A DNA stretch of 64,000 nucleotides from a bacterium (GCA_030704665.1 JAUYID010000009.1:64163-128162), one strand, 5' to 3'; shown: positions 34,462 to 45,097, counted from the first letter of the stretch. Notes: generated by a model from the letters alone, not told the origin. A program made the numbers and translations.

Positions 34462-35822
34462 AACTCTCTTTGAGTCTAGCGGTCTTCCTCGCCTTTCTTT
34501 TTCTCCCCTCACCTGTCTTGGCCCACGGCTTTGGTCAAAAATTCAGCCTTCCCCTTCCCTTTTGGATGTATTTATTTGCTTCTGGTGTGGTCGTGGTTGT
34601 CTCTTTTGTTCTTCTCTCCTTTTTTGCTTCGACCAAAAAAGATATCAAACCTGTCAAGACCTGGGCCGCCCTGCCCGGTTGGTTCATCAGCTTGCTTCGT
34701 TACCTGTTTCTAGCCCTATTTCTGCTGCTTCTCGCAACCGGACTTTTTGGTAACCAACTCCCGGGGGACAATTTTAGCGTCATTTTTTTCTGGATTCTTT
34801 GGACAGTGGGTCTTTTCTATCTTTTTTCTTTTCTGGGAAATTTGTGGCAGTATATGAATCCTTGGCAGAGCTTGTTTTTGGGGTTCAAAAAACTCTTTCC
34901 GGACTACCAACCGCCCCTAAAACTAGCCTCCAAAGTTGCTTTGTGGCCAGCGGTCTTATTTTTTGTTGCTTACATCTGGATCCAAAATGTCTTGATAGTT
35001 TTCAACCCGGCGGACATGGCCCTGCTTCTTGGCGCTTACTCTCTGCTTACCCTCTCGGCTGCCTATCTTTTTGGGGAGGAGTGGTTTGCGAAAGGGGAAT
35101 TTTTCACGGTTCTTTATCAGACCGTTTCCACTTTCTCTCCATTTAAATACCAGAGTAAAAAGACTGAGGTCTACACACCGGCAATTCGTCTGACCAACGA
35201 ACTTACTAGAAACTTTAGTTTGGTAGTTTTTATATTGTTTATGCTGGCGGGGGTTACTTTTGACGGAGTCAAAGAAACTCCTACCTATTTTGGAATAAGG
35301 GACTATTTAGCTTCAAACTTCAATTTTCACGTAGCTTCAAGGCTGTTCCACACTATTGCCCTGCTCCTCCTTTTTGTTGGATTTTTTACAGCCTACTATT
35401 TTTTTAACTTTCTAGTCAGCCGTCTCACCAAGCTAGATTTGAAAAAAACCGGACTTTATTTTGTGACTTCCCTGGTCCCGATTGCGGTTGGCTATGAGCT
35501 AGCCCACTTTTCTTCGCTCCTATTGATTCAGGGCCAAGACATAATCAGAGTGGTAGGAGATCCTTTTGCGTTTGGTTGGAACAGTCTTGGAACAGAGGGC
35601 TTTCGACCAATACTTTTTGTGAATGCGAAATTCTTCTGGTATTTTCAGATAGTTAGTATTATTGCCGGACACATCGCCGGTGTCTACGTAGCTCACAAAA
35701 TTGCCCTTTCTTACCTTGGTAAAAGACAAGCCTTTATAAGCCAGTTTCCAATGCTTTTCTTGATGATTCTCTTCACCATTTTCAGCCTCTGGGTGATCTC
35801 TCAGCCACTAGTAGTGCAATAG
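34458..35822 (+). CDS. polytopic integral membrane protein (10+ TM helices), function unknown
   Basis: 454 aa and extremely hydrophobic. Operonic with 34063. Confidence 0.5.
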   Translation: MKLSLSLAVFLAFLFLPSPVLAHGFGQKFSLPLPFWMYLFASGVVVVVSFVLLSFFASTKKDIKPVKTWAALPGWFISLLRYLFLALFLLLLATGLFGNQLPGDNFSVIFFWILWTVGLFYLFSFLGNLWQYMNPWQSLFLGFKKLFPDYQPPLKLASKVALWPAVLFFVAYIWIQNVLIVFNPADMALLLGAYSLLTLSAAYLFGEEWFAKGEFFTVLYQTVSTFSPFKYQSKKTEVYTPAIRLTNELTRNFSLVVFILFMLAGVTFDGVKETPTYFGIRDYLASNFNFHVASRLFHTIALLLLFVGFFTAYYFFNFLVSRLTKLDLKKTGLYFVTSLVPIAVGYELAHFSSLLLIQGQDIIRVVGDPFAFGWNSLGTEGFRPILFVNAKFFWYFQIVSIIAGHIAGVYVAHKIALSYLGKRQAFISQFPMLFLMILFTIFSLWVISQPLVVQ

Positions 35823-35940
35823 CGAGCCATAAAAACTGGGTAAATGACCACACAATTAGGTAATTTTCGCCTGCTATAGTATAATGTCATGAATGAAAGG
35901 AGGTACACCTAGGTTTAATTAAAAAATCTATCAAAAAATT

Positions 35941-36138
35941 ATGAACGGAACAATTAAAACAAAAACTGATAAGGGCTATGGATTTATTGCCCGTGACGGA
36001 GAAGAAAAAGATCTTTTCTTTCACTCAAATGATTTGAGTGGGGTTAGTTTTGACGAGCTTCAACCCGGAGCTGCGGTCAGCTTCGATGTCGTCGACGGTG
36101 ATAAAGGTCCAAGCGCGAAAAACGTAAAACCTGCCTAA
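35941..36138 (+). CDS. cold-shock protein (CspA family)
   Basis: MNGTIKTKTDKGYGFIARDGEEKDLFFH contains the RNP1/RNP2 motifs of cold-shock domains. Preceded by a TGCTATAGTATAAT extended -10 promoter. Confidence 0.85.
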   Translation: MNGTIKTKTDKGYGFIARDGEEKDLFFHSNDLSGVSFDELQPGAAVSFDVVDGDKGPSAKNVKPA

Positions 36139-36242
36139 ATCAGCTACTAAGTTTTACTTAGAACAAAGAGCTAGCCGAAAGGCTAGTTTTTTGTTTGGTT
36201 AGGGTTAAAACTAAAGCGTGCTATTTTTGTTAGAATAAAACA

Positions 36243-36803
36243 ATGGGTCTGGTAGACAAAATAGTTTACGCTGATGACGATACCGAAAAAGTAAGCCTAC
36301 TGTTGCGCCTCCGTCTTCCCTGGCTGCTTGTGGGTCTGGTCGGCGGAACAGCTGCCTCCTTTCTCGTTTCCCGTTTTGAACCAATCTTGACCCAAAATAT
36401 TTCCCTCGCCTTCTTTCTGCCCTTGATAGTTTATATGAGCGATGCAGTCGGGACGCAGACGGAGAACATTTTCGTGCGCAATTTGGGTAAAGGGGAAGCA
36501 AGATTCTTTACTTATCTGATCAAAGAATTTTTTATTGGCGTCGGTTTGGGCTTGATCTTTGCAGTTTTGATCGGACTGGTGACGCACTTTTGGATTGGTT
36601 CGATGGAAATAACCACGACAGTGTCACTGGCTATGTTTCTCACTGTCTCTGTCGCGCCCATTATCGCCTTGATCGTTCCGGAGTTGATCACCAAAGAACA
36701 CCGTGACCCAGCTTTGGGATCAGGGCCGTTTACTACTATTGTTCAAAACATTGTCAGTATCATCATTTATTTTCTCGTTGCTTCTTGGGTTTTTTTCTCT
36801 TAG
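36243..36803 (+). CDS. MgtE-like divalent cation transporter membrane domain protein
   Basis: Five TM helices with the conserved MgtE TM-domain pattern (PWLLVGLVGG...AVGTQTENIF...DPALGSGPFTT). Lacks the N-terminal MgtE-N/CBS domains. Confidence 0.6.
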   Translation: MGLVDKIVYADDDTEKVSLLLRLRLPWLLVGLVGGTAASFLVSRFEPILTQNISLAFFLPLIVYMSDAVGTQTENIFVRNLGKGEARFFTYLIKEFFIGVGLGLIFAVLIGLVTHFWIGSMEITTTVSLAMFLTVSVAPIIALIVPELITKEHRDPALGSGPFTTIVQNIVSIIIYFLVASWVFFS

Positions 36804-38735
36804 CTAAAGAGGATAAGTCAGCAAAGCTTGCAGAGCGGGAAAATTGGTCGAGTACTCACTACTAGTGACCGTAGCAAATTCCACCACGATCGTGATATTG
36901 CCCCGATTTTGGTTCCATTGCTCCATAGTTCCGGTGATAGCGTAGCCAAAAGTCTCAACCCCACCACTACCAGTCCCATAACCAGTCTTGCTCGAGTACC
37001 AGTTGCGGAAGGAAGAAGAAATGCCATCTCCGACCACCACGGAAGCAGCGGAGTGATAGGAAATTGTCCGTACCGGGTCTTCAGAGAGAATTAAATCACG
37101 TAGGGCTCTGCTTTCCGGCTCGGAAAAAGGAGCCGAGCCACCACCGTGCGGGTAGGACTTGTCTTTCCAATAAGTTTGAGCTTGCCAGTCGGCATTCCAG
37201 TTGCGGTTTAAATCCACACCCCGAGCGTTAAAACGACTGTTGGCAGAGACCCCATCGGGATTAGCAAAGGGAACGACAATAAAAGTCCGGTCAGAGGGGA
37301 TCTGGTTTTGATGGTAACGCAAATAGTTGGTCCAGAGTGAGAGCATCGTACCTGTGTTGTCCTCGGTTCCATGCATACTACCGATAAGCAATATTTTTTT
37401 GCTTCCGAAGCCAAAGAAAGTTGCGTTGATGGCTCTACCTTGGACTGAATAGCCGATGGTTTTTGTTCTTTCACCAGTGGTGGTGAAGCTAGAAGAAAAG
37501 CTTTGAGTGCTGTTCTCTCCACCGACACTTTTAATTCCCTTGGTGATGACAACCTTGTAACTACTGAAAAGTTTCAAATTAGTACTGGGATGGAAGGAGA
37601 GGGTGTTTTTGTACCAGGAGAAAGAACCACTTGTCGCCGGACTCAGCGAGAAATGGTTCTGGGCTGACGAATGATCAACCTCTTGATCAAAAGTAACTGA
37701 AATCGAAGAGCCACGGCTGACACCTGACCCCGTTGGCGAAAAACCGATTGCTTTGGCTGGACCGGCGGTATGAAATTTAAAATTAAAATCAGAATCCAAA
37801 TAAGCCCCGTCGTCGGCTTTGAGATCCTCATTTAAAGTTATCGAGTAATTTGTGTTAGTTTTGAGATTTGCTTGCGGGTTGAAAACTACGGTTTTGGAAT
37901 TTTTTAGACTGAACTGACCTGAGGTTGGGGGAGAGATTTTCCAAAGCCTTTCAAAATCTTTAAGAGCTAGGGACTTGTTAAATGCAAAACTAAGATTGCT
38001 TTGTTTGGGTACTATTTTAGAGTTGTTTTTTGGATCAGTCGAAGTAATTTCTAAGGAAGGTAAAGTCGTGAAATCCTGAAAAGAAATTAGCTCCAAGCTA
38101 CCAGGGCTCGTTTTGAGGAAAAGGCTTGTATGATAGGTGGTTCCTTGTTGGAGTTTAGTTTTGGGAGAAACGACCAGAGTCTTGCCCACCCAAGCTTTCT
38201 CAAAGTCAAACTCAGGTTTGGTCAGAAGAATAAAGTCTCCCTTGGTGATTTTTTTGTCCATTGAAAAGCGGAGGACAGCTTTGCTAGAAACCTCTTTAGA
38301 ATTTTTTCCTGGGTAGGCACTCTCCACTTTTGGTAAAGAGCCCGTTCGGAAGCTTTGAGAAAAGTTTCTTTTTAGGCCCAACCAACGGATTTTCAGAGAG
38401 ACGCTGTAGAGAGTGTTGGCCTTGAGTAAATTGTCCGGAACAATGACCAGTTGTTTTTGGATCGGATTCAAACCGTGCAGCCATTTGCTTTTGAAGAGAG
38501 TTTTCGGGGTGATCTCAATCTCGAAATTTTCTTCATCAATAGAGCCGAGGAAAGAAAAGGTAATTTTCCCATCAATTGCTTTGTCGGCTTTCTCAGCTGA
38601 GGCCAGAACTTGGGGAGGAATCAAGTAAAACAACTCAAAGATTAGTAAAAAACCGAGAGTGGAAAAGCTTAAAAAAGAAAAAACCAGGAAGCGCTGTTTT
38701 TTGCTGGCAACGTAAACAAGCAATTTTTGGTACAT
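36804..38735 (-). CDS. M14-family zinc carboxypeptidase with N-terminal Ig-like repeat domains
   Basis: C-terminal catalytic motifs GSMHGTEDNTG, NPDG, NRNW and ISYHS. N-terminal TM anchor then repeated ~90-aa beta-rich modules. Confidence 0.7.
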   Translation of the reverse strand: MYQKLLVYVASKKQRFLVFSFLSFSTLGFLLIFELFYLIPPQVLASAEKADKAIDGKITFSFLGSIDEENFEIEITPKTLFKSKWLHGLNPIQKQLVIVPDNLLKANTLYSVSLKIRWLGLKRNFSQSFRTGSLPKVESAYPGKNSKEVSSKAVLRFSMDKKITKGDFILLTKPEFDFEKAWVGKTLVVSPKTKLQQGTTYHTSLFLKTSPGSLELISFQDFTTLPSLEITSTDPKNNSKIVPKQSNLSFAFNKSLALKDFERLWKISPPTSGQFSLKNSKTVVFNPQANLKTNTNYSITLNEDLKADDGAYLDSDFNFKFHTAGPAKAIGFSPTGSGVSRGSSISVTFDQEVDHSSAQNHFSLSPATSGSFSWYKNTLSFHPSTNLKLFSSYKVVITKGIKSVGGENSTQSFSSSFTTTGERTKTIGYSVQGRAINATFFGFGSKKILLIGSMHGTEDNTGTMLSLWTNYLRYHQNQIPSDRTFIVVPFANPDGVSANSRFNARGVDLNRNWNADWQAQTYWKDKSYPHGGGSAPFSEPESRALRDLILSEDPVRTISYHSAASVVVGDGISSSFRNWYSSKTGYGTGSGGVETFGYAITGTMEQWNQNRGNITIVVEFATVTSSEYSTNFPALQALLTYPL

Positions 38736-38804
38736 GGGGCGGTAAATGAATTTTACCCCGCAGCTACAAACTCTGTCTAGTTTGGAGTATACTTTTTTGA
38801 CACC

Positions 38805-39728
38805 ATGCAGCTGAAGCGTTTTGCTGACAACCCAATCCTTTCCCCAAGCAAAAAATGGTGGGAGTTCAAGGCCGTTTTCAATCCAGGGGTGGCCCTCTAT
38901 AATGACAAAATTACCTTGCTTTACCGGGCAATCGGGGGAGATGGTTTGTCGCGTTTTGGTTTAGCAACTAGCCAGGACGGCATTAGTTTCGAAAGGGCCG
39001 CTGAGCCAGTTTTTGAGGGTGGTATCGACAGCCCTTACGAAAGATTGGGGGTGGAAGATCCAAGGATAGTTAAAATCGAGAACACCTACTACATTACTTA
39101 CAACGCTGCCTCAGTTTATCCAGCTTCTGAATTCAAAAAAGTAAGTCTTGCCCCTTCTCTTTACCATCCAGCTCCTTGGCGATTTCGACCAAGTTTAATT
39201 ACCACCAAAGACTTTCGAGATTTTGAGCATCAGGGGATCCTGCTTTCTGAAGACAGCAAGGACGCAACTCTTTTTCCAGAAAAAATTGCGGGTAAATTCG
39301 CCCTTTTACATCGGGTTTATCCTAATATCTACCTTTCTTTTTCAGAGGATCTGAAAAATTGGAGTGAGAAGAAAGTTTTGCTTACTCCACACAAAGCCTC
39401 TTGGGACAGCGAAAGAGTTGGCGCTGGTTCTCAACCGATCAAAACAGAGAAGGGTTGGGTCATTTTTTATCATGGTGTTTCAGAAAAACACCAGTATCGG
39501 ATGGGTTTACTTGTTCTTGATCTTGCCGATCCGGGCAAGATAATCTTTCGTTCTTCAGAACCAATTCTTCTTCCAGAAGAGAGCTACGAAAGATCTGGTT
39601 TGACAGCCGAGGTAGTTTTTACTTGTGGGGCCCTTGAAGTTGGGGAGGAGTTTTTTGTTTACTACGGGGCAGCGGACAAATGTATTGGTTTAGCAACCAT
39701 AACGAAAAAGCAGCTCCTCAGCTTTTAA
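38805..39728 (+). CDS. GH130-family glycoside hydrolase/phosphorylase (DUF377)
   Basis: FNPGVALYNDKITLLYRA, DPRIVKIENTYYITYNA and GWVIFYHG are typical GH130 beta-propeller motifs. Confidence 0.65.
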   Translation: MQLKRFADNPILSPSKKWWEFKAVFNPGVALYNDKITLLYRAIGGDGLSRFGLATSQDGISFERAAEPVFEGGIDSPYERLGVEDPRIVKIENTYYITYNAASVYPASEFKKVSLAPSLYHPAPWRFRPSLITTKDFRDFEHQGILLSEDSKDATLFPEKIAGKFALLHRVYPNIYLSFSEDLKNWSEKKVLLTPHKASWDSERVGAGSQPIKTEKGWVIFYHGVSEKHQYRMGLLVLDLADPGKIIFRSSEPILLPEESYERSGLTAEVVFTCGALEVGEEFFVYYGAADKCIGLATITKKQLLSF

Positions 39729-39776
39729 TTTAGCGTGATTGAGTTAAAACCCACTTTTTGTTAATCTTTCTCCGAG

Positions 39777-40625
39777 ATGAGTTTTTTCCAGCGCTTTCAA
39801 CGCCAATTTTATCTTGCTTTTTCACTATTCTTGCTAGTTTTAGTTGCAACGAGTCTTTTTGCCACTTACCAAAGCTTCCTGCAGAGTTCAGAAAGGCAGC
39901 TTTTGCTTCAAGGGGGAAGCAAAGTAGTTCCTTTGGGTGTAGAGGAACAACTGATCCGCAACGCTACTTTCAGTGCAGTTGCCAAAGTGAATGAAAAAGT
40001 TGTGACCGGAAAGGCCCTAGCCGCCTCAGCTGCAGTGACTAGTTTTGTGACGCAAAAGGGAAATGAGCTGCTCGTTTTGGTCAACAAAAGTATTAGTTTG
40101 CCGAGTACCTATGTTCCTGGGGATTTAGTTTTGTTAAACCCAAGTCTACAAACTAGTGGCAAAGCCCGACTGCGGAACCAGGCCGCAAAGCAGCTGGCTA
40201 AAATGTTTGCCGCAGCGAAAACAGCCGAGCACAGTCTAGTGGTTACCTCAGCTTTTCGCAGTTACTCTGAGCAAGTCTCGACTTTCAACTATTGGGTCGC
40301 CTACGCTGGTTTGGAGGCGGCCAAATCTTTTTCGGCCCGGGCCGGACACTCGCAGCATCAATTGGGAACCGCAGCTGATATCTCTGCAGCTAGTGTTGGT
40401 TATAAACTGACTCAAAGTTTCGGTTCAACGACTGAGGGGAAGTGGCTCGCCAAAAACGCCTATCTTTTTGGTTTCGTTTTGAGTTACCCAAAGGGTAAGG
40501 AGAAGATTACCGGTTATTCCTACGAGCCTTGGCACTTCCGCTATATTGGGCTCAGTAGCGCAAAAAAAATGCGTGATTTGGGGCTTGACCTGGAGACTTT
40601 TCTGAAAAGCTATGGAGTTTGGTAG
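39777..40625 (+). CDS. M15B/VanY-family D-alanyl-D-alanine carboxypeptidase
   Basis: SAFRSYSEQ, HSQHQLGTAADI and EPWHFRY are the Zn-binding H-x6-D / H motifs of VanY-like peptidases. N-terminal TM anchor. Confidence 0.7.
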   Translation: MSFFQRFQRQFYLAFSLFLLVLVATSLFATYQSFLQSSERQLLLQGGSKVVPLGVEEQLIRNATFSAVAKVNEKVVTGKALAASAAVTSFVTQKGNELLVLVNKSISLPSTYVPGDLVLLNPSLQTSGKARLRNQAAKQLAKMFAAAKTAEHSLVVTSAFRSYSEQVSTFNYWVAYAGLEAAKSFSARAGHSQHQLGTAADISAASVGYKLTQSFGSTTEGKWLAKNAYLFGFVLSYPKGKEKITGYSYEPWHFRYIGLSSAKKMRDLGLDLETFLKSYGVW

Positions 40626-40682
40626 GAGGAAGCAAGTTTATCGCGTTAGAAAAATCTGCTAAACTGATTTGGTTAAGGATGA

Positions 40683-40790
40683 ATTTATATCGATCAAAAG
40701 GGTTGTTTCTGTGAAACTTAAGTTGACTGGTTTGAAATAATGAAAATATCGATCAAGAAGTTGTCTTTGAAAGACTATGAATTTTTATTA
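40683..40790. repeat. three direct repeats of a TATCGATCAA-containing ~30-nt unit upstream of the ferredoxin gene
   Basis: ATATCGATCAAAAGGGTTGTTTCTGTGAAAC (40683), ATATCGATCAAGAAGTTGTCTTTGAAAGAC (40746) and TACGATCGAAGACG (40783). Each contains an ATCGAT palindrome. Confidence 0.4.
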
Positions 40791-40855
40791 CGATCGAAGA
40801 CGCTTGCGGCGCAGAGCGCGAGGCGATCTATACTTCCATTTTCGCTAAAGCTCAA

Positions 40856-41065
40856 ATGAAAATTAAAATAGACAGAAATCTCTGTATCGGTGCTGGTTCT
40901 TGTAGCGTTATCGCACCCAATACCTTTGAACTTGATGACGAACTCAAGGCAGTCGTCAAAAACCCAGAGGGAGATCCTCGCGATACGATCATTGACGCAG
41001 CCAAATCCTGTCCTGTACTTGCTATTCTTCTGGAAGAAGACGATGGGACTCAGATTTACCCATAA
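40856..41065 (+). CDS. 4Fe-4S single-cluster ferredoxin
   Basis: CIGAGSC...C...CP cysteine pattern in a 69-aa acidic protein. Confidence 0.75.
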   Translation: MKIKIDRNLCIGAGSCSVIAPNTFELDDELKAVVKNPEGDPRDTIIDAAKSCPVLAILLEEDDGTQIYP

Positions 41066-41236
41066 TTCTTTTGCGACCTTTTTGAAAAGGTAGCGCCAAA
41101 ACTTTCGCTAAACTTCGCTAGCTGTTAAACTATGCAAAAAAGCTCGGGAATCCTCGGAAATTCTCTTCGGTCAGTTTCCATTCCCTCTTCGCTTTTTAGC
41201 AAGTTTAAAGACGCTAGCTACGTAATAGCGATTAAT

Positions 41237-41863
41237 ATGAAAAAACTAGAAAAATACACTTCCATGCGCGATCCAGGGAAAACCCCGGAACCTTTTACTA
41301 GCAAAGATATTGATCCAGAAAAGCTAGTTTACGTGGTTCAGAAACATTCAGCTACAGCTCTCCACTACGATTTTCGCCTGGAAATGGGTGGTGTCATGCC
41401 TTCCTGGGCGATTCCCAAAGGTCCTAGTCTCGACAACAGTGTGAAAAGATTAGCCATGCAAACTGAAGACCACCCCCTGGATTACCGACACTTTGAAGGG
41501 GTAATTCCGGCTGGTGAGTATGGTGCTGGACCAGTCATTATTTGGGACGAGGGTTGGTACTTACCTGAGACTGAAATTTCGCCTGGGATCAGGAAAGAAA
41601 TTCGGGATAAAAAAGAAGGGGAGAAAGCCATGCTTGCAGGACTGGAAAAAGGAGAAATAAAATTTTTTCTTTATGGAAAAAAACTAAAGGGCAGTTTTAC
41701 CTTGGTCAAAACTAAGGGCTTCCCACCGGGCAAAGCAGGGAAAAATGCTTGGCTTTTGATCAAGCACAAAGATCACTTTGTGGTTGAAGGCTATGATGCA
41801 GCTGAGTTTAAAGAATCAGCTCTTTCCGGAAAAACTCTTGAGGAAATAAAAGAGAAGGGTTAA
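41237..41863 (+). CDS. LigD-type 3'-phosphoesterase (PE) domain protein, stand-alone
   Basis: The QKHSATALHYDFRLE...PKGPS...EDHPLDY...GEYGAG motif order matches the LigD N-terminal PE domain. Start placed at the internal Met MKKLEKY. Confidence 0.65.
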   Translation: MKKLEKYTSMRDPGKTPEPFTSKDIDPEKLVYVVQKHSATALHYDFRLEMGGVMPSWAIPKGPSLDNSVKRLAMQTEDHPLDYRHFEGVIPAGEYGAGPVIIWDEGWYLPETEISPGIRKEIRDKKEGEKAMLAGLEKGEIKFFLYGKKLKGSFTLVKTKGFPPGKAGKNAWLLIKHKDHFVVEGYDAAEFKESALSGKTLEEIKEKG

Positions 41864-41958
41864 TTTAAGACCCCTCATCCTGAACTTATTTCAGCTCCGA
41901 AGACAGAGTCGTAATCGTCTTGTACTGATCCTGCTTTTGTGTTAAGTTTCCTTCTCAC

Positions 41959-42693
41959 ATGCTTGAGATCAAAGATTTACACGTTTCAACTCAAAAGAAA
42001 GAAATTCTGCGCGGAATTAGCCTAAAAATAAAACCAGGCGAAATCCACGCCCTGATGGGGCCAAACGGTTCGGGAAAATCCTCTCTTTCTATGGCTCTGA
42101 TGGGGCATCCTCAATATCAAATTACCAAAGGTGAGGTTATTCTCGATGGACAAGACATAAGCGCTCTGAGCGTTGACAAAAGAGCCAAAGCAGGCTTGTT
42201 TCTAGCCATGCAATATCCAGTTGCGGTCGCCGGGGTTTCGATCAACAATTTCATGCGTTCAGCCTACAAAAATCTCAAAGATCCGGGGGTTAAAGCTCTT
42301 GAGATTCAAAATAAAGTCAAAAACGAACTGAACCAGCTTAAACTAGACGAGAAGTTTATCAGCCGAGCCGTGAACGAAGGCTTTTCCGGAGGAGAGAAGA
42401 AGAAGTTGGAAACTCTGCAACTAACAATTCTGGAACCAAAATATGCAATTCTTGATGAGACGGATTCAGGACTTGATGTAGACGCTCTCAAGATTGTTTC
42501 CAAAGGAGTGATGAAGGCAAAAGAAAAAGACCAAAAACTAGGGATCCTATTAATTACTCATTATCAAAGAATATTACGGTACATTCAGCCAGATTTTGTT
42601 CACATTTTAGTGGATGGAAAGATCGTCAAAAGTGGGGATAAAGACCTAGCATTAGAAATAGAAGAGAAAGGTTATCAGGAGGTGTCATCCTGA
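41959..42693 (+). CDS. sufC: Fe-S cluster assembly ATPase SufC
   Basis: Walker A GPNGSGKS. ABC signature FSGGEKKK. Walker B ILDETDSGLD. Confidence 0.9.
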   Translation: MLEIKDLHVSTQKKEILRGISLKIKPGEIHALMGPNGSGKSSLSMALMGHPQYQITKGEVILDGQDISALSVDKRAKAGLFLAMQYPVAVAGVSINNFMRSAYKNLKDPGVKALEIQNKVKNELNQLKLDEKFISRAVNEGFSGGEKKKLETLQLTILEPKYAILDETDSGLDVDALKIVSKGVMKAKEKDQKLGILLITHYQRILRYIQPDFVHILVDGKIVKSGDKDLALEIEEKGYQEVSS

Positions 42694-42749
42694 GCGACTA
42701 GCGAAGGATCTCTGAGATTCTTCACTTCGTTCAGAATGACAGAACTAAA

Positions 42750-44162
42750 ATGCCAAAAGTAGTCGCCGAAGTTGCCGTCAATGAAAGTTACCGAGAAAAG
42801 TACGGTTTCTCGAAGCCCGAGAATTATTTTTTCAAGAGTAGAAAAGGTTTGGATGAACAAATTGTCCAGGAGATTTCCCACCATAAATCTGAGCCTGAAT
42901 GGATGCTCAAATTTAGACTAAGAGCCCACGAAATTTTTAAACAAAAAAAGCAACCTCTGTGGGGTGCTGACCTTTCTACCATTAACTACGATGATATTTA
43001 CTACTACATTCGCCCAACTGAAAAGAAGAGTTTAACCTGGGAAGGTTTGCCCAAGGAGATTAAAGAGACTTATGATGCGATTGGCATTCCTGAGGCGGAA
43101 AAGAAATATCTCGCCGGGGTTGGGGCTCAGTACGAGAGTGAGGTCATTTACCACTCAATCAAAAAAGAATGGGAGAAAAAGGGAGTCATCTTTGAATCAA
43201 CTGATACTGCTCTCCAAAAATACCCCGAGCTTTTTCAAGAGTACTTTGGCCGGGCGATTCCAGCGGCGGACAACAAACTTGCAGCCTTAAACAGCGCGGT
43301 CTGGTCAGGAGGAAGCTTTATTTACGTACCTAAGAATGTAAAGATCGATATCCCCTTGCAGGCCTATTTCCGCATTAACGCCGCCAACATGGGCCAGTTT
43401 GAGCGCACGCTGATCATTGTTGACGAGGGAGCGCAAGTTCACTACGTCGAAGGCTGCACTGCTCCGGTCTATTCAACTGATTCTCTGCACGCGGCGGTCG
43501 TTGAAATTTTTGTCAAAAAAGGCGCTCGTTGTCGCTACACCACGATTCAGAATTGGAGTAACAATGTTTACAATCTAGTGACTAAAAGAGCCATGGTGGA
43601 GGAAGATGCGACCATGGAGTGGGTGGATGGCAACCTAGGTTCGAAGATTACGATGAAGTACCCCTCAGTCTACTTACGCGGTCGGGGGGCAAGAGGAGAG
43701 GTGCTTTCTATCGCTTTTGCCGGAGCCGGTCAGCACCAAGACGCGGGTGGTAAAGCCTATCACCTCGCCCCGGATACAAGCAGCTCAATTGTCTCGAAAT
43801 CAATTTCTAAAGATGGTGGTCGAACCAGTTATCGCGGCATGCTGAAAGTGATTAAGGGTGCTGAACGTGTCAAAGCCAATGTCCGTTGTGATGCACTTAT
43901 ATTAGATGAATTAAGTAGGTCTGATACTTACCCGACGATGCAGATTGATGAGGAAGATGTTTCCATCGCTCATGAAGCCACAGTTTCAAAAATCGGTGAA
44001 GATCAACTTTTTTATTTAATGTCACGTGGTTTAAACGAAAACGATGCGACCAGCATGATCGTCAACGGCTTCATCGAACCAATCGTCAAAGAACTCCCAC
44101 TCGAATATGCGCTTGAGTTAAATAGACTAATACAATTAGAGATGGTGGGAGCTGTAGGATAA
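42750..44162 (+). CDS. sufB: Fe-S cluster assembly scaffold SufB
   Basis: 470 aa with the conserved SufB C-terminal beta-helix region (...[20 protein letters not shown]...). Confidence 0.9.
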   Translation: MPKVVAEVAVNESYREKYGFSKPENYFFKSRKGLDEQIVQEISHHKSEPEWMLKFRLRAHEIFKQKKQPLWGADLSTINYDDIYYYIRPTEKKSLTWEGLPKEIKETYDAIGIPEAEKKYLAGVGAQYESEVIYHSIKKEWEKKGVIFESTDTALQKYPELFQEYFGRAIPAADNKLAALNSAVWSGGSFIYVPKNVKIDIPLQAYFRINAANMGQFERTLIIVDEGAQVHYVEGCTAPVYSTDSLHAAVVEIFVKKGARCRYTTIQNWSNNVYNLVTKRAMVEEDATMEWVDGNLGSKITMKYPSVYLRGRGARGEVLSIAFAGAGQHQDAGGKAYHLAPDTSSSIVSKSISKDGGRTSYRGMLKVIKGAERVKANVRCDALILDELSRSDTYPTMQIDEEDVSIAHEATVSKIGEDQLFYLMSRGLNENDATSMIVNGFIEPIVKELPLEYALELNRLIQLEMVGAVG

Positions 44163-44468
44163 TTGACAGATCGGATTTTTTTGTTGCACAATATATTTAT
44201 GAAGAGATTAAAGATCTATCTTTTGTTTTTAGTGATTGCTTTGGTGATAACGTTCCTGACTAGTTTTTACAAGTATCAATTACCGGCTACAAGCGTCTTC
44301 AGTGGAAGTAATGGCAGCAACATCGACATTTTAGTAGCTGGATTTCCACTACATTTCCTTTCTTACACGAAAGAGATTTTTCTAGGGAATTTGGTAATCG
44401 ACATTTTCTTTTGGTTTTCGCTTGTAACCATGGCTGCAAAGGCCTGGGATCTATCCAAAGAGAAATAA
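44163..44468 (+). CDS. small membrane protein within the suf cluster
   Basis: 101 aa with two TM helices. Start abuts the sufB stop. Confidence 0.4.
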   Translation: MTDRIFLLHNIFMKRLKIYLLFLVIALVITFLTSFYKYQLPATSVFSGSNGSNIDILVAGFPLHFLSYTKEIFLGNLVIDIFFWFSLVTMAAKAWDLSKEK

Positions 44469-44518
44469 ATCACTCAAACTTCTTCCCAAGAATTCAAAAG
44501 TAAAGTAGAATAGCCTTC

Positions 44519-45097
44519 ATGAATGCGATTAATCTAATTCTGCAAGAAGGCCAGGAAAAAGTTTTACCTTTGGTTTTTATGACGGGTTCTGAAGAAATTG
44601 AAGTGAACGCGCAGCTCGTTGGTCGGGGAGCGAGACTGGATGTGATTGGTGCCTTTTTTCTCACCAATTCTGACGAAGTTAAAGCTACGATCAACATTAC
44701 CCATGCTGCGCCCGACACCTATTCCAACACGTTAATTAAATCCGTTCTAAACGAAAAGGCGCAGGGCGGTTTCTATGGTTTGGTGAAGATAAAACGCGGA
44801 GCAAAAAATACCGATACCTATTTTCGTGAGGACGCCTTACTACTTTCCAAAAACGCGAAAGCGGAAGCAATTCCTTCTCTAGAGATTGATGAGAACGAGG
44901 TCAAGGCGGGCCACGCCTCGACCGTCGGTCCAGTTGACCCAGAAAGTATTTTTTACCTACAGAGCCGGGGGATCCCGGCGGATCAGGCCAAGAGACTGCT
45001 CGTCCAAGGCTATCTCGGCGCAGTTGCGGACAAACTACCTGAGAAAGAAAAAGCCCAACTTTTCACTTTTCTCGAAAAAGAGTTTAGAATTAGTTAA
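44519..45097 (+). CDS. sufD: short-form SufD (SufB/SufD-family) protein
   Basis: The C-terminal GHASTVGPVDPESIFYLQSRGI motif is shared with SufB/SufD. 192-aa short form. Confidence 0.7.
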   Translation: MNAINLILQEGQEKVLPLVFMTGSEEIEVNAQLVGRGARLDVIGAFFLTNSDEVKATINITHAAPDTYSNTLIKSVLNEKAQGGFYGLVKIKRGAKNTDTYFREDALLLSKNAKAEAIPSLEIDENEVKAGHASTVGPVDPESIFYLQSRGIPADQAKRLLVQGYLGAVADKLPEKEKAQLFTFLEKEFRIS

